Shown here in pieces: positions 19,069-27,597 of a stretch of DNA of 64,000 nt. The translations under genes were made by a program, and so were the position numbers. This DNA is from an uncultured Pseudobdellovibrionaceae bacterium (GTDB lineage Bacteria > Bdellovibrionota_B > Oligoflexia > Oligoflexales > Bog-1112): the NCBI GenBank assembly GCA_964611335.1, contig CAZSXR010000001.1:828818-892817 (forward strand). The letters are read 5' to 3'. The notes beneath the pieces were generated by a model. The model saw only the letters and a list, made by a program, of their open reading frames with translations, was not told the origin of the DNA and made no database searches. The stretch's first letter is position 1, and every line of letters starts with the position of its first letter.

Positions 19069-20376
19069 ATGACTAAATATTTATTTCTATTCTTTTATTT
19101 TTCACTAACTGCTCAAGCAGTTTTGCTTCCTGAACAGGATGGGCGATCTAAATTTCTTTATAGAATTTTAAGAGCAGCTCACTTTAGTTCAGAGCATCTT
19201 GCGGATGAGATGGAAGTTGAAGCTGCCTATGCAGATAGGGAAGCAGCAAAAGGTTCAAATTCTTTTCAATTTTACAATAATACTTCAGCTGCAGAAGCTT
19301 ATCTTTTTACTCAGAATGGTGGTTGGTATCCTGAACTGAGTTCCTTCTTTGAGCTTAGAAAGAATTTATGGGGGCGTTCTTTGGACGCCCAGGTGAAATT
19401 GAAAGGTGCGGAACTTGCTGAACGCAAAGTCCTTTCGGAATCTGCAGAAAGCGCTTTGCTTCGAAGATTTTCTTTACTGTATATAGACTGGATTTACGCA
19501 GCTGAGACTGCAGATATTTTTGCAAAGCAAGTAGATGTTTTGAAAAAAATTACAGAATTGAGTGGAAAACGTTATGCAAAAGGTGATGATACTAAACTCA
19601 CTATGCAACAGGTGAAGATTCGACTTGTCAATGCTGAAACTCAAAAAACACAAACGCAAATGCGAGCAAAGTCTATTGCGCAACGAATTGAATTGGAATC
19701 ACGTGATCGAGTTAACGAACGAGCAGATTCCAAAGCCGTAGCAAGTATATTCGCATCTCTGTTGAAAAATGAAGTTGGAGAAAAAGAAGCTCTTGCCAAT
19801 CGTGTTCGAGAAGCACGCTTGAATACAGCAGATGCAAATGTGCAATCCGCAGATGATAATTGGGGACCTCGTCTGGACTTTATTGCAAGAGCAGGAGCGA
19901 CAAATTATACGACCTCGAACAGTTTTGCCTACTCGGGTAAAAATTTAGTTCCTGAGGTGGATATAGGTTTAGAACTGAATATACCCATTTATGATAGCCA
20001 TACTCATAACCATGCTTTGAGGTCTGCTTTGCTCAGACGCAATGCTGTCGAAGAACGCAACAAAGCGGAAAGTCTAAGCAACCAAGAACAGATCATCGAG
20101 TGGGAGTCGAATAAAAAATTGGGTGAACTTTCAGAAAAAAATTATGAAGAGATCGGAACTGTCGCAGTTGCTCGGAGGCAGGCTTTAGAGAAACAGTTTG
20201 CGATGGGAATGATTACACTCTTTGACCTTCTCAACGCTACAGAAGATGTTTTGATATATGAAAAACAGCGCATTTTTGATGCGCAACAGAGGCTTCAATC
20301 GTATGTGGAGTTAGCATTTTCGAAAAATCGATTGACGATTGATTCTTTGAAGAAAGTTCAAGAGGCTTCGAAATGA
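19069..20376 (+). CDS. TolC-like outer membrane efflux/secretion protein (OMF)
   Basis: I moved the start to ATG 19069, giving the signal peptide MTKYLFLFFYFSLTAQA. Two long helical repeats and beta segments fit the outer membrane efflux protein family. Its stop overlaps the next start in ATGA. Confidence 0.75.
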   Translation: MTKYLFLFFYFSLTAQAVLLPEQDGRSKFLYRILRAAHFSSEHLADEMEVEAAYADREAAKGSNSFQFYNNTSAAEAYLFTQNGGWYPELSSFFELRKNLWGRSLDAQVKLKGAELAERKVLSESAESALLRRFSLLYIDWIYAAETADIFAKQVDVLKKITELSGKRYAKGDDTKLTMQQVKIRLVNAETQKTQTQMRAKSIAQRIELESRDRVNERADSKAVASIFASLLKNEVGEKEALANRVREARLNTADANVQSADDNWGPRLDFIARAGATNYTTSNSFAYSGKNLVPEVDIGLELNIPIYDSHTHNHALRSALLRRNAVEERNKAESLSNQEQIIEWESNKKLGELSEKNYEEIGTVAVARRQALEKQFAMGMITLFDLLNATEDVLIYEKQRIFDAQQRLQSYVELAFSKNRLTIDSLKKVQEASK

Positions 20377-22094
20377 GCGAAATGAAACAAAATAAAGTTC
20401 TAACAGAGAATGCAAAAGAGCACGTAGTTGAAAAAGTCTCTCTGAGAAGTGCTCTGAAATCCTCACCGTCGAGTGTGGTGGACATAGTTCTCGGAACTCT
20501 TATTCTGAATATTTTAGCTTTGGCGCTCCCTCTTACATTGATGCAGGTCTATGATCGTATTATTGCGCAGCATGCAACTGAAACTTTATTTGTTCTCTCG
20601 TCTTCTTGTGCTTTGGCCGTAGTCTTTGAAACCATTGTCCATGTTTCCAGAGATCGTATTGCAAGTTGGTGCGGCTCTCGCTTCGAGTTCAATGGAATTA
20701 TGAAGGGCTTTGAGATGCTTCTTCACTCTCCTATATTTCGATTGGAGCAAGAACGTACTATAGAAAGATTAGAGCAGATGGAATCTTTTTCTGCGTTGAA
20801 ATCCACTTATTTTCTTAGAGCAATTCAAAATTTTATAGACATCCCCTTCGCATTCATCAACCTCTTTCTTGTCTATTATTTGCTTCCGAGAGTGGGGCTG
20901 TATCTCTCTTGTCTTGTGGTAATTATTTTAGTTTTTCATTTTATTCTTTTTGTTCTTTCTTATTTTTATCAGAAAAAAGAGCATTCCACGCATAGAAATC
21001 GAGACAAAAAAATTATTGAAACTTTTCGCCTCATAAATATGATTCGTTCTCTTTCAATGGAAGAAGCCATACTGCGTCGCATAGAAAAAGTTCAGGAGAA
21101 ATTTGCAAATTTACATTTAAAATCTATAGGGTTTGCTTCTCTCTCTTCGAGCTTTTTGCAAGCCGTACCTCAAGTTGCCATCTTCATAGTTCTTCTTGTT
21201 GGCTCTGAAGGGGTGCTTTCTCACAAGATCTCTATAGGTGTACTTACAACAGCGATGATGTTAGCGGGTCGATGTGTGTCCCCTGTTATAAGTTTGGTGT
21301 CAGGCTGGTTGCATTTTGAGGAAAAGAATATACAGGAGCGTAATGTTAATGAGTTACTTTCTATGGAAGAAGATCCATGGACGAACGAAGAGATGGGTCC
21401 AAAGTTAAACGGTTCTATACGTTTAGAAAATATTAGTTTTACTTATAATCCTGAATCAGAAGCAATTTTGAAGAAAATTTCAGTTAATATTATTGAAAAA
21501 ACTCTGTGTTATGTTCAGACGGATTTCGATAGATCCGCGAGTGTATTTATAGATATTCTCAACAGAAATCTGGAAGCAACAGCAGGTCAGATTTATTTTG
21601 ATGACAAACCTTTGAAAGATATTTTTGTAAATGAATTTTACAGAGATGTACATGCCATTTACAAAACACCTACATTTTTTCGAGGAACGGTTCTTGAGAA
21701 TCTTGCTTCTTTCGATGTTGCTCGTTTTGATGATGCTATTCGCGTTTCTAAAGAGTTGGGGCTTGAAGATGTCATCGCAAAATTCGAATTGGGATACAGT
21801 TCCATCTTCGATAGAGAGAATCTTCTTTCCATATCTCAAAATCTGCTTATGCAAATGGCAATTGCACGAGCGGTTGTTAAAAGTCCTTCAATACTCCTCA
21901 CAAACGGTATTGAATCAGGTATGGATGTGGATACGAAAAAACTCTTTATAAAAGTTCTCCGCTTATTGAAAGGAAAATGTACGATTATCTGCGTTTCTAA
22001 CGATCCTGTGACAGCAAGCATCAGTGATCGTATTTTATACTTACGAGAAGGAATAATGATAGACGATAGGGAAGAAGCGTTTAATGCTACTTGA
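20373..22094 (+). CDS. ABC half-transporter 1 (PrtD-like TMD, fully degenerate NBD)
   Basis: The first TM region LPLTLMQVYDRII is PrtD/AprD-like. The NBD fold is recognisable (IRLENISFTY...), but the Walker A position reads IIEKTLCYVQTDFDRSAS, the signature is LSISQ, the Walker B position is ILLTNG and the H-loop position is VSND. Confidence 0.8.
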   Translation: MSEMKQNKVLTENAKEHVVEKVSLRSALKSSPSSVVDIVLGTLILNILALALPLTLMQVYDRIIAQHATETLFVLSSSCALAVVFETIVHVSRDRIASWCGSRFEFNGIMKGFEMLLHSPIFRLEQERTIERLEQMESFSALKSTYFLRAIQNFIDIPFAFINLFLVYYLLPRVGLYLSCLVVIILVFHFILFVLSYFYQKKEHSTHRNRDKKIIETFRLINMIRSLSMEEAILRRIEKVQEKFANLHLKSIGFASLSSSFLQAVPQVAIFIVLLVGSEGVLSHKISIGVLTTAMMLAGRCVSPVISLVSGWLHFEEKNIQERNVNELLSMEEDPWTNEEMGPKLNGSIRLENISFTYNPESEAILKKISVNIIEKTLCYVQTDFDRSASVFIDILNRNLEATAGQIYFDDKPLKDIFVNEFYRDVHAIYKTPTFFRGTVLENLASFDVARFDDAIRVSKELGLEDVIAKFELGYSSIFDRENLLSISQNLLMQMAIARAVVKSPSILLTNGIESGMDVDTKKLFIKVLRLLKGKCTIICVSNDPVTASISDRILYLREGIMIDDREEAFNAT

Positions 22095-24183
22095 CGAGCA
22101 AAAAGCACAGAAAGCCGATTATACAGCGCTCAGACGCTGCTTAGTCGTTCTTTTGCAATCCATCGGGTGGAATGGAGATGTGAAATTTTTGCGCGAATTT
22201 TTCGAGAAGCATGATACAATGGAAACGATTCTGAATGGTCTCAGTCATATGAATTATGTTGCAGAGCCACTCAGAACACGTCTTAACGAGCTCGACGACC
22301 GTCTTCTGCCTTGTTTGTTTACTCCTGATGAAGGTGAGCCCTTCGTCGTCTTGAAACATTTCAAGAAGAAAAATACTTATAAAATTTATGTAGGAAAACT
22401 GGACTCTCATCTTGAGATTTCTAGCTATCCCTCATGGGGGCAAGCGCTTCTTGTAAAAGATCCTAAAGAGCAGTCGACAACTCTTCATGATCCGCAACCG
22501 CTGTGGTTCAGAAAAGTTCTCATGCGTTTTAAGAAACATATTATATACGGACTTTTTATTTCCTTCTTGCTGACTCTTCTTTCTTTGTCGATGCCATTTT
22601 TTATCAATTTGATTTTTAAGAAGATAGCAACTGAGCAAATAACCGTCGATTTTACCATGATCTTCTACGGTCTCTTGATATATCTTGGGACATCCATTGT
22701 GCTGACTCTGATACGAAGTAGCGTGCAAACAATTATCAGTGTGCGTATGGGTTACTTGGTGATCAATGAAGTTATTCGACGCATATTATTTCTCCCTTCC
22801 TCCTACACTGAAACAGCTCCTATCAGCAGTCAACTTGCTAGGGTCAAAGACTTTGAATCGGTTAAAGAATTCTTCTCGGGACCAGCTATGACAGCTCTGT
22901 TGGATATGCCATTCGTTCTTATTCTTTTAGGAGGTCTTGCTTGGATTGATCCTATTCTCGCTTCTATTCCTCTTATTTCTATTATGGCTTTTACTCTGAT
23001 GACTATTTCCATCAAACAGGTTGTAAAAATTACAAACCTAACTGCTGCACAAACAACCAAAGAGATGCAGGAGTTTCTACTCGATGCTTTAACGAATTTA
23101 AAATCCATTCGAAATTTAGGATACACCGAGATATGGATTAAACGCTTCAGAGATCTTTCTTCGAGAGCGATTGTTGCAAGTCGCGAATCTGCCGATGTAA
23201 CAGGATTGATTATCAATCTTGCCCAGGGGATTACATCGGTTGCAGGACTTTTAACAATGACGGTAGGTGTGCATCGTATTTTTGCTGGTATTCTCCAACC
23301 AAGTGCTTTGATGGCTGCTATGCTTTTAACTTGGAGAATTTTAGCTCCGATGAAAACCGGTTTTAGCGTGTTTTCACAAATCGACCGATTGCGTCGAAGC
23401 ATTGAACAGATTGATCGCCTCATGTCTATTGAAATTGAAAAGCATGATTTCACATCACGAAAAAGTTTTTCAAAAATTGAGGGACGTTTGATTGTATCTC
23501 AAGTCTCTTTAAGATATGGAAGGGATACAAATCCCGTTTTACTCGGTGTCAGTTTTGATGCAAAACCTGGAGAAACGATTGCAATTCTTGGTCATGGTGG
23601 TGCTGGAAAATCAACGCTTATCAAATTGATCATGGCTATGTATGCACCTCAAACAGGTCAAGTTCTTATAGATGGAAAGAATACAAGACAGATTGATCCT
23701 ATGGAATTGCGAAGATCCATTGCATACATGCCTTCAAATATCAGCTTTCTATCTGGAACTCTGCGTAGTCAGATTCAAATGATCAACCCTCATGCAAGTT
23801 CAAAAAGCATAAGACGCGCATTGGAAAGAGTCGGTTTAGATTCGGAAATAAAATCGTTGGAGAAAGGTCTTAACACAAGAACCAATCAGGATAACCTACA
23901 CATACTTACAGCTTCCTTTATGAGACGTTTTTACTTTGCTCTCGTATTGATGAAAGAATCAGGTTTGTGGATTTTAGATAACCCTGCTTTGGATCTTGAA
24001 AGTCATCATGAAAATGAAATGAAAAAAATAATAGAAGAACATAAAGGCAAATCAACGATTCTCATCGCAGCTCAAGATCCAAATTATGCTTTGCTCGCAG
24101 ATAGAGTTTTGATTTTGAATAATGGTCGTTCTATAGGTTTTGCATCTCCTTCGGCTTTAGAATCTTCGAAACCACCTATATAG
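22084..24183 (+). CDS. ABC half-transporter 2 (N-terminal C39-like domain, TMD, NBD with intact Walker A only)
   Basis: The N-terminal ~135 aa resemble a C39 peptidase-like domain without the catalytic Cys/His (PFVVLKH). It has a six-TM region. Walker A is GHGGAGKST (23590-23616), Walker B is LWILDN (23965-23982, Glu->Asn) and the signature position is LTASF. Confidence 0.85.
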   Translation: MLLDEQKAQKADYTALRRCLVVLLQSIGWNGDVKFLREFFEKHDTMETILNGLSHMNYVAEPLRTRLNELDDRLLPCLFTPDEGEPFVVLKHFKKKNTYKIYVGKLDSHLEISSYPSWGQALLVKDPKEQSTTLHDPQPLWFRKVLMRFKKHIIYGLFISFLLTLLSLSMPFFINLIFKKIATEQITVDFTMIFYGLLIYLGTSIVLTLIRSSVQTIISVRMGYLVINEVIRRILFLPSSYTETAPISSQLARVKDFESVKEFFSGPAMTALLDMPFVLILLGGLAWIDPILASIPLISIMAFTLMTISIKQVVKITNLTAAQTTKEMQEFLLDALTNLKSIRNLGYTEIWIKRFRDLSSRAIVASRESADVTGLIINLAQGITSVAGLLTMTVGVHRIFAGILQPSALMAAMLLTWRILAPMKTGFSVFSQIDRLRRSIEQIDRLMSIEIEKHDFTSRKSFSKIEGRLIVSQVSLRYGRDTNPVLLGVSFDAKPGETIAILGHGGAGKSTLIKLIMAMYAPQTGQVLIDGKNTRQIDPMELRRSIAYMPSNISFLSGTLRSQIQMINPHASSKSIRRALERVGLDSEIKSLEKGLNTRTNQDNLHILTASFMRRFYFALVLMKESGLWILDNPALDLESHHENEMKKIIEEHKGKSTILIAAQDPNYALLADRVLILNNGRSIGFASPSALESSKPPI

Positions 24184-24201
24184 GCTTGTTTAGAGGAATA
24201 T

Positions 24202-25182
24202 ATGATGAGGAAAAAAGCGAGACAAAAATGGTTGGGTGCAGCGAGCTTACTCGAAGAACAGTCGCATCTTCCGTGGGAGCGCACCTTGATTATTCTTGTC
24301 ATCGTTATAACCTTTGGCTTTATAGAGTGGGCTTCTCGTACTCCTGTAGATGAATTGGTCTCTGCAACAGGGGAATTGGTTCCTGAAAGTCATATCGTTA
24401 CAGTTCAAGCAGGTATTCCGGGAATAGTACAGGACATACTTGTAGGTGAAGGATCTGTCGTTAAAAAAGATCAAGTTCTTGTTAAACTCCAAATCGATGA
24501 CAACTTGGAAGACATCCGACGTTATAATATTCAAAGAAAAGGCTTAAAAAGCGAACTCTATTTTATCGAGAAAGAATTAAAAGCACGAAAAGAACTTGCA
24601 GATGAAGGTCTCTTTCCTTCTCTTTCCCTTTTACAACTTCAAGCAAAAAAATATGAAATACGGAATAAAATAGAAGAGTTGAATGAAACGTCGAAGTATC
24701 GTTTTGGAAGTGCACAACGTTCCATCATCGTAGCTCCAGTTTCAGGACAAATTCAAGAATTCCGAATTCCTCACAAACTTGCAAGTGTTCATGCAGGTGA
24801 AGCTCTGATGGAGATTGTTCCGCAAGCTGTTGATCAAATCGTATCATTGAAAGTTAAACCTTCCGACATCGGTCATATACATGTCGGGCAAGATGTGATC
24901 TTACGTGTAACAACTTTTGACCCTTCCCGTTATGGAGTCGTTGAAGGAAAGTTGACATATATTTCTCCCGCAACCATTGTCGGACGCGATGGCCTTCCTT
25001 ACTTTCAATGCAAGGTCCATTTGGGAAGACAATTCGTGACATCGTTAGTCACACGTAAACAGCATATTTTGAAAACAGGTATGATGGTCGATGCGGAAAT
25101 TAAAATCGGTTCCAAAACGGTCTTACAATACCTTCTCAAACCTGTTCTTGCAATCACTGCAGGTGCTCTGCATGAAAGATAA
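24202..25182 (+). CDS. HlyD-family periplasmic adaptor (membrane fusion protein), short form
   Basis: N-terminal TM anchor (LIILVIVITFGFIEW), lipoyl-like halves (GIVQDILVGEGSVVKKDQVL / VSGQIQEF), a short coiled coil, and the typical C-terminus KTVLQYLLKPVL...ALHER. It is 326 aa. Confidence 0.85.
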   Translation: MMRKKARQKWLGAASLLEEQSHLPWERTLIILVIVITFGFIEWASRTPVDELVSATGELVPESHIVTVQAGIPGIVQDILVGEGSVVKKDQVLVKLQIDDNLEDIRRYNIQRKGLKSELYFIEKELKARKELADEGLFPSLSLLQLQAKKYEIRNKIEELNETSKYRFGSAQRSIIVAPVSGQIQEFRIPHKLASVHAGEALMEIVPQAVDQIVSLKVKPSDIGHIHVGQDVILRVTTFDPSRYGVVEGKLTYISPATIVGRDGLPYFQCKVHLGRQFVTSLVTRKQHILKTGMMVDAEIKIGSKTVLQYLLKPVLAITAGALHER

Positions 25183-25869
25183 AAAAATCTTTCCCGGATA
25201 ATCCTTCCATAAACTGTTGATCAAAAGATCTTGAAGCAGCAAATTCCATTCCGGAAATAGAGTATATTCATTTCCGAACGTAGAGTTTTTCAAAGTTCGT
25301 TGACGTTGCGATGTCCAAATCAAATCTCCACTTTGAGTGTCTATAAGAAGTAAAATCAAACTCAGTGATCGTTTTGAATGCAAGAGTCCTCTGTCATTTT
25401 CTTTTTCTTCTTTTGCTAGATAAAGAAAGGGAATAAGCAAAGCATCCGTATGATGTGTATGAACACTGAAATCATCAAGCCAAGACAACCACTCTTTTTT
25501 CTTCTGAACATGCTCATCGTAAAATTCTGCTATGTTAGGCGTATCCTTATGAAGATTCCACGTGCTCAAAAGTGTACTCAGCAAAGGTTCTTTTTTTGCT
25601 TCTGCTAAAGCTTTGTCAACAGCTCGTGGGCTCAGTCCTCGCATGAAATTCTGCCCTCTAAAATTATCGAGAATATGAGCGTCCACACTAGCACAAAGCG
25701 TTGCTATATCGACAGTGTGCGGCCAAGAGCGGCATTTGAGAACCGCGGTGCGTGCGGGTATGTAAGAGCGATAGTTTGTTTGTATGCCCGACAGCAGCTC
25801 TGGGTGATAAGAGCTTGCGCAGGAATAAGATATAAATATGAGAAAGAAGAATACACGATTCATAATCAA
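25123..25869 (-). CDS. Hypothetical lipoprotein
   Basis: Signal/lipobox MIMNRVFFFLIFISYSC. No known motif. Its 3' end overlaps the HlyD gene by 60 nt (convergent). Confidence 0.45.
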   Translation of the reverse strand: MIMNRVFFFLIFISYSCASSYHPELLSGIQTNYRSYIPARTAVLKCRSWPHTVDIATLCASVDAHILDNFRGQNFMRGLSPRAVDKALAEAKKEPLLSTLLSTWNLHKDTPNIAEFYDEHVQKKKEWLSWLDDFSVHTHHTDALLIPFLYLAKEEKENDRGLLHSKRSLSLILLLIDTQSGDLIWTSQRQRTLKNSTFGNEYTLFPEWNLLLQDLLINSLWKDYPGKIFLSFMQSTCSDCKNRFEKVL

Positions 25870-25984
25870 ACCTTCTAAACATTCGGAAAAGCTACTACAC
25901 TAGCAAATCATAACGCATCTTATTTTTCTCTCATACATTTTCTTTTAAAGCTGCTAGGGGGTTCATTCTTTAAATAAGGGTATT

Positions 25985-27469
25985 ATGCTAAAAAATTATA
26001 TAGATGGCCGATGGCTTGCTTCTTCTGCGAAAACAAGTGTTGATGTCCTAGACCCTGCAACGGGAAGAATTCTTGATCAAACCCCGTTGGGAACAGCGAG
26101 TGATGTTGCTGCTGCGGCAGATGCTGCAACGAAAGCCTTTCCCCTTTGGAGACAAACTCCTGCTGTCGAACGTGTTCAATACCTTTTCCGATTGAAAATG
26201 AAAATGGAAGAGAGTGTGGAAGAGCTTAGTCACCTCATTACATCTGAACATGGAAAAACTTTGGTCGAAGCGAGAGGAAGTGTTCGCAGAGCTATACAGA
26301 TGGTGGAAACAGCTTGTGGAATTCCAACACTCATGATGGGTGAGCATTTCGAAGATATTGCTTCAGGAATCGATTCGAGCTCTGTGAGAAAAGCTATGGG
26401 AGTTTTTGGATGCATTGCACCTTTTAATTTTCCTGCAATGGTTCCTTTTTGGTTCTGGCCTTTTGCTATCGCATGTGGAAATACTTACATCTTGAAACCC
26501 AGTGAACGTGTACCACTTACATCTATGCGTATTTTTGAATTGCTTCACGATTTGAAATTACCCAAAGGTGTTATGAATTTGGTTCATGGTGGCAAAGATG
26601 TAGTCGACGCTTTGTGTACTCATCCACAAATCAAAGGCCTCTCTTTTGTAGGTTCCACTCCTGTTGCAAAACATGTCTACACTTTAGGAACTTCCAGTGG
26701 TAAACGTGTACAAGCCTTCGGTGGTGCCAAAAATGTAATGGTGGTGCTTCCTGATTCTCTCGAAGATTCTTCCTCCTGTGCACGTACCGTTTCAACAGCT
26801 GTCGAATCCATAACAGGATGTGCTGGTGAACGTTGTCTTGCAGGTTCTCTCGTTCTTTCCGTGGGCGAACACACTTACAAAGTCTTTCAAGACAAAGCCG
26901 TCGCTTATGCAAAAACTATTCGCGTTGGACCAGGTTCCGATAATAAAAACACAATGGGTCCGGTGATTTCACAGGAAGCGAAAGACAGAATACAGTCTTT
27001 AATCACTCGTGCCCTCGATGAAGGTGCTAAAATTCTTCTCGATGGTCGTGATAATATTGCTGATAAAAAACAAGGTTTCTTTCTGAAACCAACTGTTCTT
27101 TCGGATATCACACCCGAGATGGAAATTGCACAGACCGAAGTCTTTGGACCTGTCATTCTTCTTGGAAAGGTAGACACTTTAGACGAATCCATTTCATGGA
27201 TTAATTCTCTTCCCTTTGCAAATACTACAACCTTGTTTACAAACTCTGGAGCACACGCTCGACATTTTGCATACCACGTAGATCCAAGTATGATTGGGAT
27301 CAATATTGGTGTTCCTGCTCCCATGTCTTTTTTCTCTTTTGGTGGAAGTAAAGAGTCCTTCTTCGGGGACACCAAAGCCCATGGTAAGAGTTGTGTAAAT
27401 TTTTTCACAGATACTTACACGATTATTTATAGATGGAACAGTGAGGGAGATCTTTGGCAAAAGAAATAA
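25985..27469 (+). CDS. mmsA: CoA-acylating methylmalonate-semialdehyde dehydrogenase
   Basis: 494-aa aldehyde dehydrogenase with catalytic Cys context GERCLA and FPAMVPFW. The C-terminus HGKSCVNFFTDTYTIIYRW is typical of MmsA. Confidence 0.88.
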   Translation: MLKNYIDGRWLASSAKTSVDVLDPATGRILDQTPLGTASDVAAAADAATKAFPLWRQTPAVERVQYLFRLKMKMEESVEELSHLITSEHGKTLVEARGSVRRAIQMVETACGIPTLMMGEHFEDIASGIDSSSVRKAMGVFGCIAPFNFPAMVPFWFWPFAIACGNTYILKPSERVPLTSMRIFELLHDLKLPKGVMNLVHGGKDVVDALCTHPQIKGLSFVGSTPVAKHVYTLGTSSGKRVQAFGGAKNVMVVLPDSLEDSSSCARTVSTAVESITGCAGERCLAGSLVLSVGEHTYKVFQDKAVAYAKTIRVGPGSDNKNTMGPVISQEAKDRIQSLITRALDEGAKILLDGRDNIADKKQGFFLKPTVLSDITPEMEIAQTEVFGPVILLGKVDTLDESISWINSLPFANTTTLFTNSGAHARHFAYHVDPSMIGINIGVPAPMSFFSFGGSKESFFGDTKAHGKSCVNFFTDTYTIIYRWNSEGDLWQKK

Positions 27470-27597
27470 ATAAACAAATAAAAGCATGATATTAGCACAG
27501 TCAAGATTTCGAAGAAAAAGGTCTTCCCTATAAAGCTCACAGTCTTGATGAGTCTTCCGATACGCTAAAGGATGGGAAAGCGAGTCGGGGGCAAAGG

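Noticed and set aside
22830-23453. 207-aa minus-strand ORF, the longest antisense ORF in the window.
   Set aside because: It lies entirely inside the TMD of ABC-2, whose frame has clear family motifs. The antisense product is Arg/Ile/Cys/Ser-rich with no motif. It is typical of a shadow ORF in an AT-rich gene.
26905-27408. 167-aa minus-strand ORF. Similar shadow ORFs lie at 45907-46383, 47989-48498, 29554-29976, 30354-30740, 56914-57333 and 54706-55122.
   Set aside because: All are embedded antisense or out of frame within confidently identified genes (mmsA, oxidase subunits II and I, frmA, the ABC ATPase, the GT). They have skewed compositions and no recognisable motifs.
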